64,000 nt of DNA, from the NCBI GenBank assembly GCA_903883645.1, contig CAISBR010000080.1, forward strand, positions 21,069 to 85,068, in the 5' to 3' direction. Positions within the stretch are counted from its first letter, which is position 1, and each line of letters begins with the position of its first letter. Below the pieces are notes generated by a model that was given only the letters and a program-made list of their open reading frames with translations, did no database searches and was not told the origin of the DNA. The position numbers and the translations under genes are program-made. This document shows positions 10,323 to 19,668 of this stretch, in pieces. This stretch comes from an uncultured Myxococcales bacterium (lineage in GTDB: Bacteria; Myxococcota_A; UBA9042).

Positions 10323-10469
10323 GCAAGACACACTTTGGGGCGACGGTTCGATGCCGCGCCCGAGTTGCAGACTATCGCCCAGGTTCGCCGTTTGGTCCAG
10401 CAGATGCAGGTTCGCTGGCGCGGTCGGCGGCCCTTGCCAGTCGTCGCGACGGGTGCAATCCTCGCGCGC

Positions 10470-11228
10470 ATGAACGAGCCCAAGCCCCTTTTTGCCATGT
10501 CGCCCGCCCGCCTCGCCCAGGTCCGCGTCATCCTTACGGACATTGACGGCACCATGACGCGCGCCGGCCGCATTCCGCCTGAAGTGGTGGCGATGGCTCC
10601 TAAGCTGTTGAAACTAGGTGTAGAAGTGCTGCCTGTCACTGGCCGTTCAGCCGGCGAAGCGCTGGGCCTGGCGCGCTATCTGCCGGGGGTGCGTCGCGCC
10701 ATTGCCGAGAATGGCGGAGCGCTGGTGGTTCCAGATCAGCCGATCGAGGCGCTGCGGCCCATGGTTGAGCGCGACTCAGCGCATAAGGCCGCGCACGAGC
10801 TGGGACATGCCGACCCGTGGACACTGGCGCCCTGCTCGTTTGCGCGGCTGACGGACCAAGCCTGGGAGCGCGGCCACCGCAGCGATGAGCAGCTAGCCCA
10901 ACTGCGTGAACGTGCGACAGAAATGGGCTGGTCGCTGACCTGGTCGAGCGTGCACATCCACCTAACTGTGGCGCCGCCCGACAAGGGGGCCGCGGCGCTG
11001 ACGCTGCTTGAACGCGAAGGCATCGACCCGCAACATGCTGCGGCGATAGGTGATTCGACCAACGATGAGGGGCTGTGGGTCAAAGACCGCTTTGGCCTGG
11101 CAGTGGGCACGGCCGATGTGCAACGTGTTTGGCCGTTGCTGCGCCATCACCCCGAGTTCATGGTCGCGCCGGCGGCCGACGGCTGGCTGCAGCTGTGCGA
11201 AGCCATCGCGCTGGCCCGCAAAGACTAG
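10470..11228 (+). CDS. HAD-superfamily hydrolase, subfamily IIB (Cof/MPGP-like phosphatase)
   Basis: DxD motif in VILTDIDGTM and a C-terminal GDSTND motif. ATG at 10470 (alternative 10497). The listed ORF from 9951 overlaps the opposite-strand lipase gene and is read-through. Confidence 0.75.
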   Translation: MNEPKPLFAMSPARLAQVRVILTDIDGTMTRAGRIPPEVVAMAPKLLKLGVEVLPVTGRSAGEALGLARYLPGVRRAIAENGGALVVPDQPIEALRPMVERDSAHKAAHELGHADPWTLAPCSFARLTDQAWERGHRSDEQLAQLRERATEMGWSLTWSSVHIHLTVAPPDKGAAALTLLEREGIDPQHAAAIGDSTNDEGLWVKDRFGLAVGTADVQRVWPLLRHHPEFMVAPAADGWLQLCEAIALARKD

Positions 11229-11252
11229 AATCCCCATGCGTTCTAGGAGTTT

Positions 11253-12044
11253 ATGATGACTAGCGATCGTCCATGGGCCTTGGTAACCGGTGCCTCGTCG
11301 GGGCTTGGCGTCGACTTTGCCCGGCAGCTCGCCGAGCGCGGCTGGAATGTAGTGCTGACGGCGCGCCGCCGCGAGCGTATGCAGGCGCTGGCGGTAAGTC
11401 TGCGCGACAAGCATAGGGCAGAAGTGGTTATCATCGATGGTGATCTTGGCCAGCAAGCCTTTCGCGATCAGCTCGTGGAGCAGGCGACCAGTGGCCGGCA
11501 GCTGACGATGGTGGTCAACAACGCAGGCTTTGGCCAGCAAGGTGGCTTTCTAGATACGGATTACCAGCGCTGGAGCGACATGCTGGCGCTGAATATTGCC
11601 GCGCTGACGGACGTGGCGTATCGGCTTGGCCAGCACATGCGCGCACACGGTAAGCCTGCATATCTAATCAATATTTCTAGCATCGGCGCATTTCAACCGG
11701 TGCCGCACTTTGCCGTTTACGCTGCGACGAAGTCATATGTGCGCGATTTTTCGGAGGCCTTTGCCATCGAGGTCGCAGGCAGCAGCCTCAGCGTTACCTG
11801 TGTCTGCCCGGGCGGCACGCGCACCGAGTTTATGGACACCGCGGGCATGACGCTGACCAAGCTGACCGATGCGTCGCTGCAGTCGAGCGAGTCGGTGGTG
11901 CGCGAGGCGCTCGAAACGGCTCTGGCGCGCCGACGCGTCGTCGTGACCGGCTGGATGAACAAGGTGATGACGTTCATGACGAGGTTCGCGCCGCGCTGGC
12001 TGGCCGCCAAGCTGGCCGAGCTGGCCATGCGCCCACCGAGTTGA
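11253..12044 (+). CDS. SDR-family short-chain dehydrogenase/reductase
   Basis: TGASSGLG Rossmann motif and YAATK catalytic Tyr/Lys. AGGAG RBS before the ATGATG start. Confidence 0.85.
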   Translation: MMTSDRPWALVTGASSGLGVDFARQLAERGWNVVLTARRRERMQALAVSLRDKHRAEVVIIDGDLGQQAFRDQLVEQATSGRQLTMVVNNAGFGQQGGFLDTDYQRWSDMLALNIAALTDVAYRLGQHMRAHGKPAYLINISSIGAFQPVPHFAVYAATKSYVRDFSEAFAIEVAGSSLSVTCVCPGGTRTEFMDTAGMTLTKLTDASLQSSESVVREALETALARRRVVVTGWMNKVMTFMTRFAPRWLAAKLAELAMRPPS

Positions 12045-12047
12045 GAC

Positions 12048-12671
12048 CTACGGCGCGATGATGCGGCCGGGCGCGTTGCTGGCTCCATCGGGCGTATGGC
12101 AGCTGTTGCAGTCGCCGTTGGTCTGCGGCGTGGTCATCTCGAGCATGTCGCCGGCAGCATTGTAAACCTTGGCCGTGTAGGGCATCACGATCTTGCTACC
12201 AAATTTGCTCTGGTAGAAGTTGCCGGCCGAGTTGGTCGTCAGGGTCGTAACCACGCCATTGCTGCCGATGATTTCGACCTTGGTGGCCGTGCTGCCGTAG
12301 CACTTGTCGACGGCGTGGAGCGACGGGTACACCGTGCCCGCAACGACAAAGCCGGGCGCCTCGCCGCCGCTTTTATTGTGGCAGGCAATGCAGGCAACGC
12401 CGGGCTGCATCAACGCCGAGCCCTGGTTGCCCTTGGTCCACATCTTATTCGAAGGGCATGGCGGGTCGACCGCGACGTCGTCGGCAGCCACATCCGGCGC
12501 CGCCGCGTCTGCGGTGCTGGCATCGTCCGTACCGCCCACATCTTGCGCAACCGTGCTATCGAAGCCTGCGCTATCGGTGCTCGCAGCCGCCGTACTCGCC
12601 GAGGTTGCAGTTGCGTCACACCCAGCCACGACCAACGTCGCAGCCAACATACCCATCGCAATCACGCGCAT
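12048..12671 (-). CDS. Putative dihaem c-type cytochrome lipoprotein
   Basis: Signal/lipobox MRVIAMGMLAATLVVAGC. Two CxxCH haem-binding motifs (CIACH, CNSCH). Convergent with the SDR gene. Confidence 0.55.
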   Translation of the reverse strand: MRVIAMGMLAATLVVAGCDATATSASTAAASTDSAGFDSTVAQDVGGTDDASTADAAAPDVAADDVAVDPPCPSNKMWTKGNQGSALMQPGVACIACHNKSGGEAPGFVVAGTVYPSLHAVDKCYGSTATKVEIIGSNGVVTTLTTNSAGNFYQSKFGSKIVMPYTAKVYNAAGDMLEMTTPQTNGDCNSCHTPDGASNAPGRIIAP

Positions 12672-12787
12672 CTTCGCTCCACTGCGCCGCATACCCACCC
12701 GCGGCGCCATTGGCACCCTAGCGAATGTCGCAGGGGCGGCGCAACCCAAAGAAACATGGCCCACACAAACCTTAACCAAAGAGCCTG

Positions 12788-15700
12788 CTAGGCAATCTTA
12801 TGCAGCGAGATCGCAACGGTTTCGCCGCCTACATCGGCATCCACGGCGCCCTCGACGGGGTCCTGCTCAAGCTGCAGTTCCGTCGCAAGCACTTCGTCCA
12901 TGATGTAGTTCGCGTACTCGCGCACCGCTGCGGCCAGCGTCTCCGAGGTGGTAATCAGCGTGAGCGCAATGCGATCCTCAACCTCGAGTCCGCTGTCTTT
13001 GCGCGCATTTTGCACGCGGTTGACCAGCTCGCGCACTAGCCCCTCGCGGCGCAGCGCCTCGTCGAGCTGCGTGTCGAGCGCCACCGTCGCCCGGCCCTCG
13101 GTCGCGGCCACCAGGCCCGGTAGGGGCGCAGAACGAAACTCAAAGTCGTCGCGCTCAAGCCGCACCCCGGCCACTTCGACCCCACCTGTCTGCTCGAGCG
13201 CGGCTTGCGCCTCGGCGACCTTGGCATTGGTCCACGCCGCAATTTCTCCAGCAATCGCCTTGGTTTGCCCCCCCAGACGCTTGGCTGCCGACTTGAAGTT
13301 CAGCTTTGCGGTCCAGCTGACAAGGTTGCTCGCACTCTCGGCCTGCAGGTCTACGCGCTTGACGTTGAGCTCATCCGAAAGAATTTCGAGTAGTTCTAGC
13401 TGCCCCTGCAAAAGCAGATAGTGCGGATCGCGGGCGCCATCTTGCATCGCCACCGTCAACGTCCGCAGGGGCTGGCGCACGGCCAGCTTGCACTGCTCGC
13501 GCAAATTGCGCCCCAGCTTGACCAAAGTGCGCACCAAGCTCATGCGCTGCTCGAGATCACTGTCGACCACCGCCTGATCCGCCTGGGGGAACGACTCGAG
13601 ATGGACCGAGCCCTGCTTGCCCGGCCGCCCCGCTTCGAGGCGCTGGTACAGCACTTCGGCCATAAAGGGCAAAATGGGTGCCAAAAGCCGCGAAAACAGG
13701 GTTAAAACCTCGTACAGGGTCTCGTATGCGGCCTGCTTGTCGCGCGAGTTGCCCGACTTCCAAAAGCGCCGCCGCGAGCGACGAATGTACCAGTTGGTCA
13801 GGTCGTCGATAAAGCCCAACACCCGCGGAATCACATTGTAAAGCCGGTACTCGGCCATCTCGGTATTCACGTCGGCCACCAGGCTCTGCGCCACGCTCAG
13901 AATCCAGCGGTCGAGCAGCGCCCGGTCAGCGAGCGGCAGCGGCGTCTCGGGCGGCGTCCAGTTGTCGGCGGCGGCATAGGTCGCAAAGAAGCTGTAAGCA
14001 TTCCAGAGCGGTAGCACCACTGCCCGCACGACCTCGCGCACGCCCGCCTCGGCAAAGCGCATCGGCTCGGCGCGCACTGCCGGCGAGGTGACCAGGTAGG
14101 CCCGCAGCGCATCGGCGCCGTAATTACCCAGCAGCTCCATGGGATCGGGGTAATTCTTCAGACGCTTGCTCATCTTCTGCCCGTCTTCGGCCAGGATGAG
14201 CCCGTTGACAATCACGTTGTCGAACGCGGGCTTATCAAACAGTGCCGTCGACAGCACGAGCAGCGTATAAAACCAACCGCGGGTCTGATCTAGGCCTTCG
14301 GCGATGAAGGCGGCAGGCAGGTTGCGCTCAACCAACTCCTTATTCTCAAAGGGATAGTGATTCTGCGCATAGGGCATCGAGCCCGACTCGAACCAGCAAT
14401 CGAGCACCTCGGGCGTGCGCTGCATGGCCTGGCCGCAGTGCTGGCAAGCCCACTCGAGCGAGTCGACGTGGTGCTTGTGCAGGTCGGTAACCGGAACGCC
14501 GGCGCGGTCTTGCAGATCGCCCACCGAGCCCACGCACTCTAAGTGACCACAGCCCACACACTGCCAGATCGGCAACGGCGTACCCCAGTAGCGGTTGCGC
14601 GAAATAGCCCAATCCCGCGCATCTTTTAGCCAATTGCCAAACCGGCGCTGGCCCACATACTCGGGCACCCAGCGGGTCTGCTCGTTCAGCTCGACCATCC
14701 GCTCGCGCAGGGGGCGCGCATCACTACCGGGGGCCGTGCTCTCAACGCGCACAAACCACGTCGAGATCGCCTTGTAGATGAGCGGCGTACCCGAGCGCCA
14801 GCAGAAGGGATACTCGTGGTCGATGGTGGCCTGCTTGAACAGGTGACCACGCTCTTTCAGGTCGCGGATCAAGAACTTATCGGCATCCTTGACGTTCAGA
14901 CCCACGATCTGCCCGCCCGCGATGCCCGCCACGTCGCCGGTAAAGCTACCCTCGGCGTTGACCGGATCGCGCAGCGGCACCTTCCACTGCTGGCACACGC
15001 GATGGTCGTCTTCGCCGTAAGCTGGCGCCTGGTGCACGATGCCCGTACCGTCTTCGACCGTCACATAACCATCGGAAACAACGCGATACGCCCCCTCGGC
15101 GGCCACGTCGGCAAAGCAGTCGAACAGGGGCTGGTAGCGCAGGCCCACAAGCTCAGCTCCATCCATAGCCCGCAGAACCTGATGCGGTCCAAGCACTTTT
15201 TCGGCCAGCGCCTCGGCCATCAAGTAGCGAACGCCATCTTCTGTTCGGCGCGCCTCGACGTAGCGCATGGTCGGCCCGACACACAGCGCCATGTTGGCCG
15301 GCAGCGTCCAGGGCGTGGTGGTCCAGGCCAGAATGCGCAGCGGGTCCGGGCTGTTGGCACTGTCATCGAGCACCTTGAAGGCGATCGTGATCGCCGGGTC
15401 CTGCACGGTCCGGTAGTCCATGCCCGCTTCAAAGTTCGACAGGGGCGTACCCAGGCGCCACGAATAGGGCATCACCTTGTGGCCGCGGTACAAAAGACCC
15501 TTATCCCACAAGGACTTAAACACCCACCACACCGACTCCATGAACGGCAGGTCCATGGTCTTGTAGTCGCGCTCAAAGTCGACCCAGCGGCCCATGCGCT
15601 CGACCACCTGCTGCCACAACCCCGTGTAACGCAAGACAATCGACCGACACGCCTCGTTGTAGCGACCCACACCATAGGCCTGCACTTCGCTCGGCGACTT

Positions 15701-16015
15701 CAGATCCAGGTCTTTCTCGATCTCCATCTCGACCGGCAAGCCATGGCAGTCCCAGCCAAAACGCCGCTCGACCCGCCAGCCGCGCATCGCCCAGTAGCGC
15801 GGCACAATGTCTTTGAGGGTGCCGGCGAGCAAGTGGCCGTAATGCGGCGTACCCGTTGCGAAAGGTGGCCCGTCGTAGAACACGAACTCGCCCTTGCCAC
15901 CGTCGCGCACCTGCTTGGCAAAGGTGTCGTGCTCGCGCCAAAACGTCAGGATATCCTGCTCTAATGCCGCAAAATTAGGGTTACTTTCTGGCTTTGCAAA
16001 GGGCTGGGTAGCCAT
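12788..16015 (-). CDS. ileS: Isoleucyl-tRNA synthetase, eukaryote-like type 2
   Basis: HIGH-type motif FYDGPPFATGTPHYGHLL and KMSKS motif KMSKRLKNYPDP. 1075 aa with no C-terminal Zn-finger extension. Confidence 0.95.
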   Translation of the reverse strand: MATQPFAKPESNPNFAALEQDILTFWREHDTFAKQVRDGGKGEFVFYDGPPFATGTPHYGHLLAGTLKDIVPRYWAMRGWRVERRFGWDCHGLPVEMEIEKDLDLKSPSEVQAYGVGRYNEACRSIVLRYTGLWQQVVERMGRWVDFERDYKTMDLPFMESVWWVFKSLWDKGLLYRGHKVMPYSWRLGTPLSNFEAGMDYRTVQDPAITIAFKVLDDSANSPDPLRILAWTTTPWTLPANMALCVGPTMRYVEARRTEDGVRYLMAEALAEKVLGPHQVLRAMDGAELVGLRYQPLFDCFADVAAEGAYRVVSDGYVTVEDGTGIVHQAPAYGEDDHRVCQQWKVPLRDPVNAEGSFTGDVAGIAGGQIVGLNVKDADKFLIRDLKERGHLFKQATIDHEYPFCWRSGTPLIYKAISTWFVRVESTAPGSDARPLRERMVELNEQTRWVPEYVGQRRFGNWLKDARDWAISRNRYWGTPLPIWQCVGCGHLECVGSVGDLQDRAGVPVTDLHKHHVDSLEWACQHCGQAMQRTPEVLDCWFESGSMPYAQNHYPFENKELVERNLPAAFIAEGLDQTRGWFYTLLVLSTALFDKPAFDNVIVNGLILAEDGQKMSKRLKNYPDPMELLGNYGADALRAYLVTSPAVRAEPMRFAEAGVREVVRAVVLPLWNAYSFFATYAAADNWTPPETPLPLADRALLDRWILSVAQSLVADVNTEMAEYRLYNVIPRVLGFIDDLTNWYIRRSRRRFWKSGNSRDKQAAYETLYEVLTLFSRLLAPILPFMAEVLYQRLEAGRPGKQGSVHLESFPQADQAVVDSDLEQRMSLVRTLVKLGRNLREQCKLAVRQPLRTLTVAMQDGARDPHYLLLQGQLELLEILSDELNVKRVDLQAESASNLVSWTAKLNFKSAAKRLGGQTKAIAGEIAAWTNAKVAEAQAALEQTGGVEVAGVRLERDDFEFRSAPLPGLVAATEGRATVALDTQLDEALRREGLVRELVNRVQNARKDSGLEVEDRIALTLITTSETLAAAVREYANYIMDEVLATELQLEQDPVEGAVDADVGGETVAISLHKIA

Positions 16016-16063
16016 AGCGTGTACTCCCGAGTGCAGAATAGACCCGACTTGTTGCGTTGGGTA

Positions 16064-17566
16064 CTAAAGACGCAGCAGCGACCGGTACTTGCGCCCCGCG
16101 TAGGCAATAAAGGCGTGCGGGTCGAGCGGACGGCCCGTGGCGCGGGTGATAAGTTCGTCAGTCAGATACTGGCTGCCCAGCTGGTGGATGTTGGCGCGCA
16201 GCCAGGCCAGAAGTGGTTGCAGATTACCGGCTTGCACATCGCCCAGGAGCCCAGGAGTGCGCGCCACTGCGGTCTGAAACAGCTGCGCCGCATACAGCGC
16301 GCCCAGCGTGTAACACGGGAAGTAGCCGAACAGCCCCGCCGACCAATGCACATCTTGCAGACAACCCAGCGCGTCGTCAGGTGGGGTAATCCCCAGATAG
16401 TGCTGCATTTTCTGATTCCACGCCGCCGGCAGATCGGCCACCGCCAGCGCGCCGCTGATCAGGTCCCGCTCCAGCTCGTAACGCAGAATGACGTGCAATG
16501 GGTAGGTCAGCTCGTCGGCCTCGACGCGAATGAAATTGTTGAGGTCTACGTAATTGACGCCGTACACAAAGTCGTCGAAGGGCACCTGCTGCAAGAACGT
16601 GTAGTCCTGCTGCAGCGCGGCGTAGCGCGGGCGCCAAAAGTCAGCACTTTGGCCGACTTGCTTCTCCCACAGCAGCGACTGGCTCTCGTGCACGCCCATA
16701 GACCGCGCCCGCGACACCGGCTGATTCGCGAGCGCAAGATTGCGCCCCTGCTCGTACAGCGCGTGCCCCGTCTCGTGGATCATCGCCGTAAGACTCTGAC
16801 ACCAGGCGTTTTCGTTGTACCGCGTGGTGATTCGCACGTCGCTCGGACCAGCGCCGCCGCAGAAGGGATGCACGCTGGTGTCGAGCCGGCCGCGCTCGAA
16901 GTCGAAACCCATGGTCCTTACGAGCTTTTCGCCTACTTCGCGCTGCTGCGTAGCCGGCACCGGGTGGGTCAAGAAGCCGATGTCGGGCAGGCCCGGCTGA
17001 CTCTGACGCTGACGAACCTGCGCAAGCAGCGGAATCAAGAAGGCTTTGAGCGGCTCGAACACTTTGTCGAGGCGCGCCATGGTCATGCCCGGCTCAAAAT
17101 CGTCGATCAGCACGTCGTAAGCGGGCTGGTCGGGCGCAAGAATCGCTGCCTTCTGCCGCGACAGGTCGATCAGCTCTTGCAAGACAGGCGCAAACTGACT
17201 GAAGTCCTTGGCTTTACGTGCTTGAACCCAGATTTCGTGACCGGCAACGGTTCGCTCGCCCCAGCGCCGCACCAAGTCGCTCGGCAGCTTGGCCGCTTTG
17301 TTGTGCTCGCGCAACGCCTCGCGCACATTGGCGTTTTCGACATCATCCAGCGTCTCGTCGCTCTGCAGCAGCCCCAGCAGCTCGCCCAGGCGCGGCGCAC
17401 ACCAGCGCTCTTGCTGCAGCACACTCAGCGTGGCGACTTGCCGACCGCGCGACTCGATCGCCCCAGCCGGCATCACGATCTCTTGATCCCACTGCAGCAG
17501 ACCCAGCACTTCTTCAAGCGCCATCAAATCGCCCAGTTGCTGGCTCAGTTCGCGATAGCCGTTCAT
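16064..17566 (-). CDS. Carboxypeptidase Taq (M32) family metallocarboxypeptidase
   Basis: HETGH zinc motif, plus HESQS and YPLHVILRYE motifs typical of M32. ATG 17566 preceded by AGGTGA. About 500 aa. Confidence 0.85.
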   Translation of the reverse strand: MNGYRELSQQLGDLMALEEVLGLLQWDQEIVMPAGAIESRGRQVATLSVLQQERWCAPRLGELLGLLQSDETLDDVENANVREALREHNKAAKLPSDLVRRWGERTVAGHEIWVQARKAKDFSQFAPVLQELIDLSRQKAAILAPDQPAYDVLIDDFEPGMTMARLDKVFEPLKAFLIPLLAQVRQRQSQPGLPDIGFLTHPVPATQQREVGEKLVRTMGFDFERGRLDTSVHPFCGGAGPSDVRITTRYNENAWCQSLTAMIHETGHALYEQGRNLALANQPVSRARSMGVHESQSLLWEKQVGQSADFWRPRYAALQQDYTFLQQVPFDDFVYGVNYVDLNNFIRVEADELTYPLHVILRYELERDLISGALAVADLPAAWNQKMQHYLGITPPDDALGCLQDVHWSAGLFGYFPCYTLGALYAAQLFQTAVARTPGLLGDVQAGNLQPLLAWLRANIHQLGSQYLTDELITRATGRPLDPHAFIAYAGRKYRSLLRL

Positions 17567-17940
17567 GAATTCACCTGTGCGTTGCGAACGTGCTCGTCGT
17601 GTAGGTCGCGCAGGTAGCGCCACGAGTACAGGCCGCCGTTGTGGCCGTCGCCCCAGGTGAAGCGAATCGCGTAATTGCCCACAGGCGCAACGCTTTTGAC
17701 TTCGACGCTGGGCGATTTCTTGGGGTTGTTTTGCAGAATTGGCAGGCCGCCGCGCGATTGCCGCACCAGGGTGGTGGGCTCGCCGTGGGTGCCCTTGCAA
17801 GTGGCGCATGGGCACTGCTCGCGCAGATAGGCCAGCGAAAACGTCGAAACCTCGGCGTCTTGCCAGGTGATGGCCACCTCGCCCGAGTCGCTCCAGGCGA
17901 TATTGGCGGGTTGGCTGGCTGCGAACGGGTGGCTGCTCAT
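17563..17940 (-). CDS. DUF971-family small protein
   Basis: 125 aa. Conserved Cys pair (CPCATCKG). ATGA overlap with the start of the M32 gene indicates an operon. Confidence 0.55.
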   Translation of the reverse strand: MSSHPFAASQPANIAWSDSGEVAITWQDAEVSTFSLAYLREQCPCATCKGTHGEPTTLVRQSRGGLPILQNNPKKSPSVEVKSVAPVGNYAIRFTWGDGHNGGLYSWRYLRDLHDEHVRNAQVNS

Positions 17941-18127
17941 TCTACCTCGGGCCGGACGAGACGACCGGGGGCGGAATGCTTGCCCTGGCGCGGCCTTTCG
18001 TCAAGTGGCCGAGCTAAGTGTGGTGCAGAGTCAACAGGCTGGGCGCGTCGCCCGCAGCTTGGGCTTGCCCAGGGCGACGGCCCGGCGCATGCTCCGAGGA
18101 CGGGCCGAGTGCCTGGGGTACAGTAGC

Positions 18128-18631
18128 ATGAAACAACGCGCAATCTTGTCTCACATCGCCCTGATGATCGGCGGCGCCACCGGCCTGTTCAGTGCCGCTC
18201 CCAGCTGGGCCGACGCCAGCAACTGCGAGTCGATCTCGGACTCGGACGCCCGCAACTACTGCCGCGCCGTCGCGAAAAAAGACAAAAGCTACTGCGAGTC
18301 GATCCACGACACGGACCGCCGCAACCAGTGCCGCGCCGAAGCCAGTGGCGACCGCTCGCACTGCGAGTCGATTGGCAACAGCGACCAACGCAATCAGTGC
18401 CGCGGCACTGCGGGCGGGCCGAGCGGCGCCTCGAACTGCGAGTCGATCAGCGACAGCGACCAACGCAACCACTGCCGCGCGATCACCAAGAAAGAAAAGA
18501 GCTACTGCGAGTCGATTCACGACAGCGACCGCCGCAACTACTGCCGTGCGGTCGCCGGGGGCGGCAAAAGCTACTGCGAGTCGATCGGCAACAGCGACCT
18601 GCGCAACCGCTGCCGCGGCGAGGCGCGATGA
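18128..18631 (+). CDS. Secreted protein made of six tandem ~23-aa two-Cys repeats (CESIxDSDxRNxCRA)
   Basis: Signal peptide MKQRAILSHIALMIGGATGLFSAAPSWA, followed by six repeats organised as a duplicated three-repeat unit. The stop overlaps the next gene's ATG. Confidence 0.55.
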   Translation: MKQRAILSHIALMIGGATGLFSAAPSWADASNCESISDSDARNYCRAVAKKDKSYCESIHDTDRRNQCRAEASGDRSHCESIGNSDQRNQCRGTAGGPSGASNCESISDSDQRNHCRAITKKEKSYCESIHDSDRRNYCRAVAGGGKSYCESIGNSDLRNRCRGEAR

Positions 18632-19668
18632 AGCGCACACTGCTGCGGGTGCTCGCGCTGGCGCTGCTGGCGGGGTGTGAACGGCCGCAGACCGAGGCCG
18701 CGCCCGCGCCCGTGCTGCGTACGGCAATAAATACGTCTCAACTGCAGGTTACTACTAGCCAACTTCTGACCAAGCCGCCGCAGCCAAAGCGGGCCACTGC
18801 GCCCCTTGCTACGCCGTTGCGGGTGCGCACGGTGCGGCAATTTGCCTGGGGCGAAGGTCCAACGCAGCTCGGCCATGTGCTGGGGGGCGAGCAAAATCCC
18901 GAGGCGCCCATGGCCCTAGACATCGACGCCCTGGGGCGCGTAGTCATCTTGGACCAGGTGAATCAACGGCTGCTGCTGACGAGCCGCGATGGCAGCGTGA
19001 CCCAACTGCCAGCGCCGCGGACGGCCCAGGACTTGCTGGTGACGGGCGAGCACGTTTGGCTGCTAGACCGCTTGGTAGACAAGCAGTTGCAGCGCATCGA
19101 CCTGACCTCGGGTGCGGTGCTCCAGACGCTGAAACTGCAGGGGATCGAGGAGCCGGGGGCCATTTCGGCACTGTGGGCGCAACACGATGATCTGTATACC
19201 GAAGTGGGCCATGTGACCATGCAGCGCTTGGCGAGTCTGCAGGGACTACCCCGCGCGCCGAAGGCAGTCGCAGGGCGGCTTAGCCCAGACGGCAGCTTGG
19301 TATTGACGGCGGCGCGCCATCTGCCCGATCGCGTGACGGTGGTGGTACGCAAGGCCGCGGATGCCCCCGATGCCGTGCCGCTGCGGTCGCTCGAGGCCGT
19401 GCTGCCGCTGCCCGTGGCGCAGATCGTCGAGCTGGCAACCGATGCAATGGGTAGGATTTGGCTAGTGGCCGATCTGGGCGACGACAAGGTCCAGCGGCGG
19501 CAAGTGCTGATGTGGCCAGTTGATTCGAACGATGCCGTGCGCGGCGAACTCGCGGCGTGGCATGGGCCCGAAGAAGCATTTCGGCCGGCGCGCATAGCAC
19601 CGAATGGCCACCTTTTCGCCCTTGGGCTGTCGAGCGATGGCATGACGCTGCAAGAGGTGGCGCCATGA
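18628..19668 (+). CDS. Hypothetical lipoprotein (346 aa)
   Basis: MKRTLLRVLALALLAGC lipobox. ATGA overlaps with both the upstream and downstream genes. Confidence 0.5.
   Translation: MKRTLLRVLALALLAGCERPQTEAAPAPVLRTAINTSQLQVTTSQLLTKPPQPKRATAPLATPLRVRTVRQFAWGEGPTQLGHVLGGEQNPEAPMALDIDALGRVVILDQVNQRLLLTSRDGSVTQLPAPRTAQDLLVTGEHVWLLDRLVDKQLQRIDLTSGAVLQTLKLQGIEEPGAISALWAQHDDLYTEVGHVTMQRLASLQGLPRAPKAVAGRLSPDGSLVLTAARHLPDRVTVVVRKAADAPDAVPLRSLEAVLPLPVAQIVELATDAMGRIWLVADLGDDKVQRRQVLMWPVDSNDAVRGELAAWHGPEEAFRPARIAPNGHLFALGLSSDGMTLQEVAP

Noticed and set aside
14816-17617. Long plus-strand ORFs (382 aa and 532 aa) antisense to ileS and the M32 carboxypeptidase
   Set aside because: No motifs and Arg-rich composition. 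The opposite-strand genes are unambiguous, so these are GC-driven open frames.
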